A stretch of 64,000 nucleotides of DNA from Microcoleus sp. (GTDB lineage Bacteria > Cyanobacteriota > Cyanobacteriia > Cyanobacteriales > Microcoleaceae), in assembly GCA_042408215.1 (NCBI GenBank), contig JAYFMW010000006.1, positions 128,001-192,000 of the forward strand, given 5' to 3'. How positions within the stretch are numbered: the first letter of the stretch is position 1; every line of letters starts with the position of its first letter. Below are positions 7,581 to 17,736 of the stretch, in pieces. The translations under genes and the position numbers were made by a program. The notes below the pieces were generated by a model that saw nothing but the letters and a program-made list of their open reading frames with translations, ran no database searches and was not told the DNA's origin.

Positions 7581-10500
7581 TTAACCAGTCGCACCCTGTC
7601 GCTAATAGTTCATCTAAGTTCTGATTGCGCCAAATCATCACTTTTATACCGCCAGTGGCTATATATTTCCCATCTGGGCTAAATTGGATTAACCCTTGAC
7701 CTTGTTCGGGAACAGTATATTTAGCAATTAGTTTCCCGGCTATACTCCAGATGCTTAATTCATTGGGATAACCTAAAAAAGCAATTTGCTGACTATCAGG
7801 GCTAAAAGTCAAGGCATTTGGAGATTGTTGTAATTTAATTTGATTAATCAATTTGCCAGAAAAGTCCCATATCTTGATTGAATAATCTGTACCAGTTGTT
7901 GCTATTAATTTGCTGTCTGGACTAAAATAGACATCCATAATACCTGCTTTATTATCTAAGTCAATAAGTTTGTGGCTCTTTATATTCCTTAAGTGTAATT
8001 CTTTTCCGGGCAGATACCAGGTTGCTAAATATTTACTATCAGGACTAAATTTTGCAGTGTTTCCTAGCATGAGATCGGTTATATCAACAAATATAAATTT
8101 TTCACGAACAATATTTTTTTCTTCTATCTTATCATTGCGGGATTTTACTTTTATTTTAACAGAAGTACCTGCTTCCCCCTTGAGAAAATCATAAGCTTTC
8201 CATGCCTTACCTTTGAAATCAGACACTTGATGACCATTTATTTCTAAAATTATATCACCAGTCCTTAAGCCAGCTTTCATGGCTGTGGAATTTTGCCAAA
8301 CATCAAGTATTTTTACTCCGTAACCACGTTTAAAACCTTCAGTAAATGTTTCTTCTACAGAATGACCTAAATAAATTGCTATCATTGAATGTTCTTTGCC
8401 ATTTGCTGATGATTTATTATTAACATCTAACGGATTAATTAAATTTCCCGAAGCATCCCAAAGTTTAGCCATACCTGATGTGATAGTAAGAATATATTCA
8501 CCATTTGGACTAACTACAACTCGATGAATTATTTCAGGAAGAGAATCATGTTTTAATTGCTTGACTTGCTGAGTTGATAAATCCCAGAGACGGAGAGGAT
8601 TAGACGACTCTCTACCCAATTTGCCAAAGTTGTCAAAATTAAATCCCTTTGTGGCTATCTTGCTGCCATCAAAACTAGAACTATAAGTTTTATCGCCTAA
8701 ATAATTTCCAAAAGACAACGCCTGTAAGACTCTTTCTCCATTGCTTACAGTAGTTTTAACTTCTGAAATCAAGTTTCCTGTTAAATCATATTTTTTCACA
8801 GCTTCTTTAGTGACAAAGATGATAAATTTACCGTCAGGAGATACATTTGCAAAACTAAAATCGTCCACCATATTAATACTTTTAACTTTTGTTTCTTGCC
8901 AGTCCCAAACATCTAATACTCCATTATAAACATCTTGAATCAAAAGCTTTTCACCATCTGCACTATACTGTAAGTTTATCATTGTTGGATATTTTACACC
9001 ATTTACTCCTTCTTTTTCATAATTCTTAGGTAATTCTGTAACATTCTTAGGTAATTCTGTAACATAAGGTTGGGCTATACTCAATAATTTGAGTCCGTCA
9101 GTCCCTGAGATAAAAATTGTTTGACCATCAAGACTATAGCTTAAGCCAGAACCAAAAAGCGAACTTATTGTCAGTTGGTCAACCAGTTTTCCTGATCTAG
9201 CATCATATAATTTGACGGCTCCTTCACCTGGCATGACTGTAGCAATTTTTTGACCATCAGGACTAAAACTAACATCACCATTAGAAAAAAGTAATCCTGA
9301 AAAATTGAAATCTGCAATTTTTGGGCCTGATAAATCCCAAAGTCTAGCTATGAGGACAGTTGTTTGAGATGAATCAACATCTACCCCTAAAGTCAAAACT
9401 CGCTGTCCATCTTGACTCATCACTATTTTGGTAACTTGATTAGTATTAGCTTTAAATTCTCGGATTTTTTGCATGGTTTTTAAGTTCCAAAATTGCACCA
9501 TCCCAACAGCATCTCCTATCACAACTTCTTCACCATTAGCAGTAAATCCTAAACTTTGTATAGTCCCACCTCCGTTGGGTTTTAATTCCCTAAGTTTCCG
9601 ACCAGCCAAGTCAAAAAATATTATTTGAGTAGCAAATGCTGATACAGCAATATATTTACTATCTGGACTAAACTTAACAATATTAGCCCCTATTAAAGAT
9701 TGTATTTTAGCTATTTGTTTGCCAGTAAAATCCCAAATATATAAATTTCCTTCGTCATTAATAGTAACAATATATTTACCATTAGGACTCATCGCTAAAT
9801 CCTGAATACCTTGATTCTCTGGTTCATCCCATTCAGTAACTTTCTGACCTGATAAATTCCAAATTATCACTTTACCCCTCTTGGCGCTCAAGGAAACAAT
9901 TTGCTGACCGTCTGGAGTAATAATCACTTTGCCAATGACATTATCACTTTTAAACTCATTTTTTTCTCGAATATTGCTCGTAATAGTCTGTAAAGCCAAA
10001 AAAGGGCTATTAGTAGGATAATCTGCTAATGATTCACCATCTTTTACTAATTGTTTCAGCTTATATCCGGCTTCCAGTGCAATCTTTAAAGCATTGATTC
10101 CACCTTCTCCCGACTGAAATTGACTCAAAGCTAAATTGCCTAAACTATCAGTTTCACTAATTAGGCTTTGTCGTTCAGCCCGTTGCCATTGCCACACCGC
10201 CCCCACAGCAAAAATTGAAACAGCTAATAAACCACTCGTTAGACCTAAAATAGTACGGCGACGATTGCGATCGCGCAACCCCAACCCCAACTGAATAAAC
10301 TCCCCTTCCGCCTTACTTACATCCTCCAACCGTTGCAATAAATACCCCTCCGCCTCTCCCAAAGGTGCCCCTTGCAACAAATAACCCTCCTTATTCTCAT
10401 TCCTTTCCCACTCCTGAAACGCCACCTTTAACCGCTTTTTCCATCTCAAAAAAGTATCATTTTCCTCAATCCATTTCCTCAAATCAGGCCATGCTTTAAT

Positions 10501-12735
10501 CAAAGCCTCATGCACAATTTCCACCGTTTCTATCTCAGTCGTTTCATTTCGATTACTCACCACCAAACGTGCCGTCGCCAAATGCGTTACCAAATCCCAA
10601 TTTTCTTCCCCCACCTCAGCGCGAGTCGCCAGTTGGCGCGTGTATTCCGTCCCTTCTCCCGGCGACACCAACTTCATAAAAATCTGCTTTGTCCGTTCCT
10701 TATCCCCCTCTTTCAGCGCATCATATACCCCTTCCGCGTGTCGGCAAAGAGCCTTTTCTACCCCACCAATTTCATCATATTTCAGACGATTCAGCAAACC
10801 ATTTTCCTGCTGTTTCCAAAGTTCCGTAAGCGCAAATTCCAACAATGGCAAATTACCCTGTTCCTCACCAACTTCATTGAGAATATGTTCTGTCAATCCC
10901 GCTTCCAGATAGACATTTCTTTTCTTAGCAGGTTCCTCAATTGCCGCTTGCAATTCGGTTCTCGTCATCCCGCCGATAAATTCCGGTTTCCATCTGTCTA
11001 ACTGTTCCCTAAAAGGATTATATTCTATTGCCTGCCCCAAAAAATCAGCCCGCAGAGTAATCACCAATCTGAAGGATGAAAAATTTTGTACTGCATCCAA
11101 TAAACAATCTAAAAATTGCCGACTTTTCTGATTATGGTAAGTGTAAATTTCCTCAAATTGGTCAATTACTAACAGAAAACGCCGACTGCTACCGATGCTT
11201 CTTACCACATCGGACAAAGTGCGATTCCCTTCTTGCAAATCTATCGCCAGTTGGTTAATTTCATCCCCATTAACCTCAGCCACTCCCTCACTTTTACCCG
11301 TTTCTAATTGCGCCACAGGTGACAGCAGCGCTTTCGCCAAATTATCAAAAGGAGTAGATTCCGGGCGCAAATTAGCAATTAACCAGTTTTCTTGCTGACG
11401 CAAACTAGGAATCAAACCTGCCAATACTACCGAAGATTTCCCACTTCCAGAAGCACCAATTACAGCTACCAGTTTTTTAGTTTCTACAGCTTTTACAAGC
11501 TGATTAGTAAAAGTTTCTCGCCCAAAAAATAAGGCTGCATCTTTCTCCTGAAAAGCCGATAAACCCTGATAAGGATTAGGGGGAATTACTAAATCGTGCC
11601 AACGTAGCGGAATTTCCGCCGGATTTTGGCATAAAACAGGCAACCAACTGACACAGGGAACATCACTTTCTAAGATTTGTAACCGTTTTCGACTGTCACG
11701 GATAGCGGTAGATAAGGATAAACCGTGAGTATAAGCTTCTAGGAAATATTGGAGAAATTTAGGAGCAATTGCTATCGGTAAAATCTCCCGCATCACAATA
11801 ATTTGCGGCAAATATAAATCTTCGCCTTCTGCTAATTGATAGGCAATTCCTAACCCATCACAAGCATTAAAAATTGCTAATTTTAAACCATTATTTATAG
11901 CTCTTTTGAGATGATTCTTAATTTCATCAATTGTCAACCAGTCTTGAGAATTAATTTTAATCTTGCCGATACTTCCATCACTCTCTGTTTTTCCATGACC
12001 CGCAAAAAATAAAATATCCCATCTTTGCTCCCATAAAGGCGCATCTAAATCACTCCGTTGAGTTTCTCGTTGAGTTTCTTTTTTTAACCAACAAAATTCA
12101 GCATCAGGAATTAATTTCTGAATGACTGCTTCATCCGCATCAGTTCCCGCATTATCTCCCAAAATGACTAAAATTTTAACTTTCTCTTTTTTCCCTGAAT
12201 TTCCTGAAGTTTTAACCTGTTTAAACTTAGGAGAAGCTAAAACAATTTCCGCGTTAGGAATATGCTCTAATAAATTCCATGCACACCAAGGTAAACGCCG
12301 CAACCAATGATTTTCTGTAGCTAATAAAATTCTGGTGCTGGTTGAGTCTTGTAAATGATTAAGGAGTAAATTGACTATTGGTTGAAAATCGGGCGATTGT
12401 AACCAATCATTCAGATTTTTTGCTAATAACTTAGCCGCCTTTCTACAAGCTTCAAAAGCTTTATTTTTTACTTCTTCTAGATCGTCAGGACTTTTTACAG
12501 GATCTTTTTTGGCTGTTAAACGGCTCGGCCAAAATTCTTCTGTCTTGTTATATAAACGTCGCCAATGACGATACTGTTCCAATAGTTCAGGATGTGGGGG
12601 TAACTTTCCTGATGCACCCGCGATCGCTAAAATGACTTGATTTTTTGTTATTCCTCCATCTTGCCGCACTTCTGCCTGTACGACAAAACCCTTGTCAAAT
12701 TCCCCACTAATATTGAGAGTCACTAACTTTTCCAT
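7507..12735 (-). CDS. CHAT (caspase-like) - nSTAND1 NTPase - TM - WD40 repeat protein with inserted PDZ domain
   Basis: CHAT dyad FFAGHG/IFNACDG. NPYQGL..F, Walker A GASGSGKS, Walker B LLVIDQFEE. TM ILGLTSGLLAVSIFAVGAVW. Many FSPD WD40 repeats. PDZ GVKILDV..NS.A.KAGLRTGDIILEING. Confidence 0.88.
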   Translation of the reverse strand: MEKLVTLNISGEFDKGFVVQAEVRQDGGITKNQVILAIAGASGKLPPHPELLEQYRHWRRLYNKTEEFWPSRLTAKKDPVKSPDDLEEVKNKAFEACRKAAKLLAKNLNDWLQSPDFQPIVNLLLNHLQDSTSTRILLATENHWLRRLPWCAWNLLEHIPNAEIVLASPKFKQVKTSGNSGKKEKVKILVILGDNAGTDADEAVIQKLIPDAEFCWLKKETQRETQRSDLDAPLWEQRWDILFFAGHGKTESDGSIGKIKINSQDWLTIDEIKNHLKRAINNGLKLAIFNACDGLGIAYQLAEGEDLYLPQIIVMREILPIAIAPKFLQYFLEAYTHGLSLSTAIRDSRKRLQILESDVPCVSWLPVLCQNPAEIPLRWHDLVIPPNPYQGLSAFQEKDAALFFGRETFTNQLVKAVETKKLVAVIGASGSGKSSVVLAGLIPSLRQQENWLIANLRPESTPFDNLAKALLSPVAQLETGKSEGVAEVNGDEINQLAIDLQEGNRTLSDVVRSIGSSRRFLLVIDQFEEIYTYHNQKSRQFLDCLLDAVQNFSSFRLVITLRADFLGQAIEYNPFREQLDRWKPEFIGGMTRTELQAAIEEPAKKRNVYLEAGLTEHILNEVGEEQGNLPLLEFALTELWKQQENGLLNRLKYDEIGGVEKALCRHAEGVYDALKEGDKERTKQIFMKLVSPGEGTEYTRQLATRAEVGEENWDLVTHLATARLVVSNRNETTEIETVEIVHEALIKAWPDLRKWIEENDTFLRWKKRLKVAFQEWERNENKEGYLLQGAPLGEAEGYLLQRLEDVSKAEGEFIQLGLGLRDRNRRRTILGLTSGLLAVSIFAVGAVWQWQRAERQSLISETDSLGNLALSQFQSGEGGINALKIALEAGYKLKQLVKDGESLADYPTNSPFLALQTITSNIREKNEFKSDNVIGKVIITPDGQQIVSLSAKRGKVIIWNLSGQKVTEWDEPENQGIQDLAMSPNGKYIVTINDEGNLYIWDFTGKQIAKIQSLIGANIVKFSPDSKYIAVSAFATQIIFFDLAGRKLRELKPNGGGTIQSLGFTANGEEVVIGDAVGMVQFWNLKTMQKIREFKANTNQVTKIVMSQDGQRVLTLGVDVDSSQTTVLIARLWDLSGPKIADFNFSGLLFSNGDVSFSPDGQKIATVMPGEGAVKLYDARSGKLVDQLTISSLFGSGLSYSLDGQTIFISGTDGLKLLSIAQPYVTELPKNVTELPKNYEKEGVNGVKYPTMINLQYSADGEKLLIQDVYNGVLDVWDWQETKVKSINMVDDFSFANVSPDGKFIIFVTKEAVKKYDLTGNLISEVKTTVSNGERVLQALSFGNYLGDKTYSSSFDGSKIATKGFNFDNFGKLGRESSNPLRLWDLSTQQVKQLKHDSLPEIIHRVVVSPNGEYILTITSGMAKLWDASGNLINPLDVNNKSSANGKEHSMIAIYLGHSVEETFTEGFKRGYGVKILDVWQNSTAMKAGLRTGDIILEINGHQVSDFKGKAWKAYDFLKGEAGTSVKIKVKSRNDKIEEKNIVREKFIFVDITDLMLGNTAKFSPDSKYLATWYLPGKELHLRNIKSHKLIDLDNKAGIMDVYFSPDSKLIATTGTDYSIKIWDFSGKLINQIKLQQSPNALTFSPDSQQIAFLGYPNELSIWSIAGKLIAKYTVPEQGQGLIQFSPDGKYIATGGIKVMIWRNQNLDELLATGCDWLKDYFVTRPEEKQKLKVCQDHSKSK

Positions 12736-12798
12736 AAAAATCCCCGATTTTATGAATTGCCAACTGGATCAATATTGAACTTGTTTGAAATTTATCAT

Positions 12799-12902
12799 TA
12801 GGACTTATGCAAAGAAACCGGGTTTCTATGAAAATCGTTCGTTTCCCAACTAGATATCTACAAAGAAACCCGGTTTCTGCCCTCAGCGTGCGTAAGTCCT
12901 GT
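12799..12902. repeat. Palindromic repeat (AGGACTTA(C/T)GCA...TGCGTAAGTCCT shell with GAAACCGGGTTT core)
   Basis: Related copies at ~5957-6043, 7246-7331, 7420-7504 and 16487-16561. Confidence 0.8.
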
Positions 12903-12996
12903 ATCATATTTCTCAATGGGGCAACTATACCACATTCATTACCCAAGTTGCCTCTCGGTTTACAAATCGTCACAAATGCCCCAAAAGCCATCGGGA

Positions 12997-14022
12997 TTAA
13001 ATTACAAAATCTTCTGTTACTACCACATCGCCCAAAACTAATTGTACTGAAAATTCTTCTCCTACTTCCCCTTCAAATTGACATCGCATGAAAACATCAG
13101 CACTTCTAGCTATCACCTCTTGAAACACTTCATTTTCACTTAAAACAAGCAGTTTCAAACTGGGAGGTAGATAGATATCATTGCCAGTTGGATAAACTCG
13201 CAAAGTTATTTCTACACTAGAGGAATCATCATTTTCACGGCTTAAATTAATCAGTAAGACTACAGAATGACTTAACAAATCTGCTCGCAAATCAATTAAT
13301 TTTCCCCGTTCAAGTTTTTGAGTCCTTGCAGTAGCTTGTAACTGTTGGGGATTTAATAATTCTGTTACGGCTTGCCATCCTGTGGTAAAAGTATTGTCAA
13401 ACCATTGACTAAAATTCACTCGTTCTTTGTTTGGAACAACCTGCACGTCCAAAACAGGGACTCCCAACCTTTTAGAAAGTACCCCTTCTCTAAACAAAAC
13501 TTCAATTTGTTCGCATGATGACCGAGAACCTTGCCAATGTATAATTAGACTCCCTCTCTCAATTTTTTGTATTTTCATCTGATTAGCTCCTAAAATTTGC
13601 TTCATTTTTTCTTCCAAGGTTCTTAAGATTTCTTCTGAAACCTCAACATCGCAAGTCATAACTAGAAGGGTTTCTTCCTTCTCTTTTACATCTTCGCTTT
13701 TGCGATAGCCTTTATTGACAAAAAGAATGATCGGATCTCTCCAATTTTTAATTTGACCGCCAGTTAATCTTTCGATAGTCTTATATAAACCGCTTTGTGT
13801 GATTTTAACTCTTGTAGTTTCTACGGCATCATAAAGCTGATCAGACATTTGTATTGGCTCAATACCAGAGAGCAATAAACATAAATATTGTTTTTCATAG
13901 TCTCCGATACCTTTACCATTATTTAACCTCCTGTGTCTCTCTTCCAAATCATTAAACAACTGCTTAATTTTCCATGTCCGAGCAGCCTCTTGACAACAGT
14001 CTGGTAATTCTTGGGATAACAT
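12997..14022 (-). CDS. DUF1822 family protein with N-terminal HTH-like and central TRADD-N-like domains
   Basis: C-terminal VNFSQWF....GWQ...LRVYPTG..YLPPSLKL..L is DUF1822-like. N-terminal EKQYLCLLLSG..P..M..L..KNWRD is HTH-like. Middle IERGSL.I...GS....IE.LF.EG.L. Confidence 0.75.
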   Translation of the reverse strand: MLSQELPDCCQEAARTWKIKQLFNDLEERHRRLNNGKGIGDYEKQYLCLLLSGIEPIQMSDQLYDAVETTRVKITQSGLYKTIERLTGGQIKNWRDPIILFVNKGYRKSEDVKEKEETLLVMTCDVEVSEEILRTLEEKMKQILGANQMKIQKIERGSLIIHWQGSRSSCEQIEVLFREGVLSKRLGVPVLDVQVVPNKERVNFSQWFDNTFTTGWQAVTELLNPQQLQATARTQKLERGKLIDLRADLLSHSVVLLINLSRENDDSSSVEITLRVYPTGNDIYLPPSLKLLVLSENEVFQEVIARSADVFMRCQFEGEVGEEFSVQLVLGDVVVTEDFVI

Positions 14023-14073
14023 AATTTTTTGTTCCTCATATTTATGTATCCGTTAATCATAGCATACCGATCG

Positions 14074-14223
14074 TTAACGGGCATTAAAATTTTATTAACA
14101 GTCATATTAATTGCTTCATGTTCTAATCAGGTCAGTGAAGCAAAGCAAGAAGCTATTCTTTAACGAGCGTTAAGGATTTTATTAATGCTCATATTAATTG
14201 CTTCATGGCATAACCATGTTAGT
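14074..14223. promoter_or_regulatory. Two ~64-bp imperfect direct repeats with TTAA-bounded palindromes in a divergent promoter region
   Basis: 14074-14136 vs 14160-14223 share TCATATTAATTGCTTCATG exactly; copy 2 contains the palindrome TTAACG-AG-CGTTAA. Confidence 0.55.
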
Positions 14224-14280
14224 CGTGACGATCCCTGATTTTCACAAAACTTATGAAACCAACAAAAGGAGACATTTTCT

Positions 14281-14598
14281 ATGTGGAACTGGATTAAAAA
14301 TTTATGGACCAGTGCAAAGAACTTAGTAGCCGCAATTTTTTGGGCTTTTATGGAATGGATTCTCTTCTTAATTGAAGTAGTTTATATCGCTTTCATAACG
14401 TCTGTGATATTGACTTACTTTCCATACGCTTACCTGCTTTACTTCATGTTCTATGTGCTTGATGGTGTGGCAGTTGTCGAAAGCTGGAACCCTCGTGAAT
14501 CACAAGGACGCTCGATAATTAGCAAGCTTGAACCAGTAACTTCTGGAGTTACTCAACCAAGCCGAGAGAAGGCTACTGTGTTACAAGCAACTAGATAA
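14281..14598 (+). CDS. Small membrane protein, hypothetical
   Basis: RBS AGGAG upstream; amphipathic N-terminus followed by a long hydrophobic stretch. Confidence 0.7.
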   Translation: MWNWIKNLWTSAKNLVAAIFWAFMEWILFLIEVVYIAFITSVILTYFPYAYLLYFMFYVLDGVAVVESWNPRESQGRSIISKLEPVTSGVTQPSREKATVLQATR

Positions 14599-14652
14599 AT
14601 GACAGTCTTCTTAAACGATCAATATCTACTTGTAAAAAAGGAGTAAAGAATC

Positions 14653-15222
14653 ATGCCACGCACGAGTAAAAGTCAGAAGATTGTTCTGAACCTCACCTTA
14701 GAATCAGACCACCCAGATAGCAAGTTAAAGCAAATGGACATCATCGGTGTCCCCGGTCAAAATCAAAATGGTAAGAACATTCTCAGTGACACGGTATTTT
14801 GCTTTTTGGATGATACGATAGGCCGTCCGATCTTTGCTGCTAGTCGGCAGATTCCTAAGCTGGATTGGCAAAAACTTACAGTCTGGCTATGTGCAAAAGA
14901 TGAAGATTCTCTAGGATATCAAGTTCCAACAATCGATGACCGAGACTTAGAGATGAAATCAAACATTCCTGAATCCAACCTGAAATTAATCTATGTCTTA
15001 GACAATGATTTGAAGGGGAATGAATATCGACGGTGGAAGAAAACATCTGAGGATATTTTTACACCGCTATTCAGGAAGTTTGTTCCGCCCCCTCAGTTAC
15101 CCAGTTCTTTTTCGTTTAACCCCTTTGGTTCCTTCATAGAATCTTTGGATTCTCGGATAGATCCTTACGCCAAGATGAAGCGAGAGCTATTTTTCGATGC
15201 CTTAGTCATTCAAATTGATTAA
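14653..15222 (+). CDS. Hypothetical protein
   Basis: 189-aa ORF with RBS AGGAG, co-oriented in a putative operon; no family recognised. Confidence 0.7.
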   Translation: MPRTSKSQKIVLNLTLESDHPDSKLKQMDIIGVPGQNQNGKNILSDTVFCFLDDTIGRPIFAASRQIPKLDWQKLTVWLCAKDEDSLGYQVPTIDDRDLEMKSNIPESNLKLIYVLDNDLKGNEYRRWKKTSEDIFTPLFRKFVPPPQLPSSFSFNPFGSFIESLDSRIDPYAKMKRELFFDALVIQID

Positions 15223-15299
15223 TGCAAAAATTTGTCCAAAAAGTAGGGACATAGCAGTGCTGTGTTCCTACTATCCAAACTACCTAAAAACAAAAAACT

Positions 15300-16331
15300 A
15301 TGCCAAGACCTGACAAGCTCAACGGATTTTTGAAGGCTACTGCTGAACTTCATTCTCTTAATGGGAAAAGCCATTTTAGCCCAGCCGACGAGGAAAAAGA
15401 GCCTGAAACTCTGAATAAATCTTCAGAGCCACCTATCGATCTAACAGCTTACTTGAGAAAGCCAAAATATTCTCTGGAGAGTTTTATCTTTCCTACAGAA
15501 AAAGCTCAACTTCAAGTTAAGAGAGTTTTGGCTGAGATTACATATCATGACCTGATTTACACAACTTGGGGGATGGGTGAAAAACATCCAACAGATGTTG
15601 GACTGTCAATCAATTGCTATGGACCTTCTGGCACGGGAAAAAGTATGCTGCTTGAAGTGATCGCCCACAGCTTAGGATTACAGGTTTTGGAAGTTCCCTC
15701 AACCGCATCTAAATTTGTAGGTGTCACTGAGCAGATCACTCAGGAAATTTTTGCCTTTGCGACAATCCATAACGCATTTATAGTTTGGAATGAAGCGGAC
15801 AGGGATTTTGGTAAACGGCTGGAGCAAGTGAGTCAATCAGCCGATGCAGGAGTTAATTCTGCTCGCAGTATTTTGCTTGATCAACTCTCTTCTTATAAGG
15901 GTGTTATTGGCTTAACTACCAATTTAGTGCATAACTATGATTCAGCTTTTGTTAGTCGGATTCGTTTTGAGATTCAACTTGATTTACCAGATGCAGAAGC
16001 ACGGGCTAAAATTTGGCAAGCTCAGATTCCGAATCAGTTGCCTCTTGATGAATCAGTAAACTTTACGCAACTAGCTGCACAGTTTGATGAGATTTCAGGA
16101 CGGGATATTAAGAAAGCTGTTTTGAATGCTGTAGCAAGTGCCGCAAGTGAAGACAAGCTAGACATTGAGAAGCGCGTTACCCAGTCTCACTTTATAGAGG
16201 CTATGGAGGAAGTAATTGCAGGCAAAAAAGCTGCTGAAAAGGGGGAACTGAAATTAACACCTGTCACGGAGAAGGTTGAGCTACCACCTCAACCATCCAT
16301 TGAATCTAAACCGCCAGCCGAAGCTGTTTAG
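15300..16331 (+). CDS. AAA+ ATPase
   Basis: Walker A GPSGTGKS, SKFVG.TE, variant Walker B FIVWNEAD, TTN...D.AFVSRI, ISGRDIK. Confidence 0.85.
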   Translation: MPRPDKLNGFLKATAELHSLNGKSHFSPADEEKEPETLNKSSEPPIDLTAYLRKPKYSLESFIFPTEKAQLQVKRVLAEITYHDLIYTTWGMGEKHPTDVGLSINCYGPSGTGKSMLLEVIAHSLGLQVLEVPSTASKFVGVTEQITQEIFAFATIHNAFIVWNEADRDFGKRLEQVSQSADAGVNSARSILLDQLSSYKGVIGLTTNLVHNYDSAFVSRIRFEIQLDLPDAEARAKIWQAQIPNQLPLDESVNFTQLAAQFDEISGRDIKKAVLNAVASAASEDKLDIEKRVTQSHFIEAMEEVIAGKKAAEKGELKLTPVTEKVELPPQPSIESKPPAEAV

Positions 16332-16645
16332 GAGCAGTCTCAACCTCCAGAATTTACAACATAAACGTTGTTGCAGTAGCTGCACAAGTAAGTGGTTGCT
16401 GTCGGGGCCTTGATTTGTTTGCTGTACTTTAAATTTTAGTAGCAAGCATATTTTCAATTCTGTTGTCTTCTCCCATTTCTAAGAATCAGGACTTACGTTT
16501 ATGGGGCTAGAAACCGGGTTTCTTTCTTCTCCTAGAAACCGGGTTTTTTGCGTAAGTCCTGAGAGTTGAAAAAGCTCTGCTCAATACCACTGTTGATATC
16601 GACCTGTTACGGGTCGATTTTTTATTTCTAAAAAACGCATAATTT

Positions 16646-17038
16646 TCAGACACCAGGCCTCACAGGAAATACCAATTGTTTGAGCACATCCAATCGGGAA
16701 CAGTCCCAGTAATCAATGTGAGAAACAATTAAACCATCGGGACTAACTTTAAGTTCGCTCCTACCGGCGATCGCCATTTTCGGTTTCCAAGGTAGCGGTG
16801 CAAGCCAGCTCAGCGTCCAGCGAGTTTCTATCGTATCTCCAGACTGCGAAATATCGTGCAAATCTAGATTTATATCCTGAAAAAAAGTCCCCATAAACCC
16901 GATCATCTTGCGGTAGCGATCGACTCCTGTAAATCGATTCACCGGGTCTTCAAAATAGACATCCTTTGCATAAATGCTGTAGGTCTGATTTTTGGGAAAT
17001 CTTTGATAATCGTCTTTGAGAATTTCAATAATATCCAT
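16646..17038 (-). CDS. DUF2358 / SnoaL-like protein
   Basis: QTYSIYA.DVYF.DP..F.G..RY, TRWTL, SHIDYW. Confidence 0.8.
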   Translation of the reverse strand: MDIIEILKDDYQRFPKNQTYSIYAKDVYFEDPVNRFTGVDRYRKMIGFMGTFFQDINLDLHDISQSGDTIETRWTLSWLAPLPWKPKMAIAGRSELKVSPDGLIVSHIDYWDCSRLDVLKQLVFPVRPGV

Positions 17039-17107
17039 TTTGATTAATCATCATTCCTCTGTTATTATAATATAATTTTGATATTCTTGAGAAAAAACCA
17101 ATAATTT

Positions 17108-17723
17108 ATGATAGACCTCTACACTTTTACCACACCCAATGGTCGCAAAGTCTCCATCATGCTCGAAGAAATAGGCTTACCCTACAACGTGCACGTCATA
17201 GACATTAGAAAAAACGACCAATTTAGCCCAGAATTCATCGCCATCAACCCGAATAGCAAAATTCCCGCCATAGTCGATCGCGATAATGGCATTACCGTCT
17301 TCGAGTCTGGCGCAATCCTGATCTATCTTGCCGAAAAAATAGGCAGATTTCTACCCACCGACAAACAAAAATACTTTCAAGTCTATCGAATGGCTGATGT
17401 TTCAAATGGCCAGCGTCGGGCCAATGTTCGGTCAACTCAACCACTTCAAACGCTTTGCACCAGAACCAATTCCCTATGCAATTCAACGCTACGAAAAAGA
17501 AACCCTGCGACTGTACGGAGTATTAGACAATCAACTAGCAAAATACGAATACATCTGCGGCGACTATTCAATTGCCGATATTGCTACCTATCCCTGGGTT
17601 GCCATTTATGAATTTCAAGGATTAACCCTCGACAACCATCCCCACCTCAAACGCTGGGTAGAAACCTTGCAAAAGCGTCCAGCAGTACAGCGCGGCATGG
17701 CAATTCCGGCTGCACAAAAATAA
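17108..17723 (+). CDS. Glutathione S-transferase (YfcG-like), split by a +1 frameshift at ~17384
   Basis: [22 protein letters not shown] in one frame; [19 protein letters not shown] in the next. Deleting one T gives [10 protein letters not shown]. Confidence 0.88.
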
Positions 17724-17736
17724 ATAGATATCATCG

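Noticed and set aside
12707..13091. Two 94-aa ORFs between the CHAT and DUF1822 genes
   Set aside because: They overlap a palindromic repeat and real genes; no coding signal
17108..17723. Programmed frameshift or true pseudogene in GST
   Set aside because: No slippery site; both halves are well conserved; fits the window-wide insertion-error pattern
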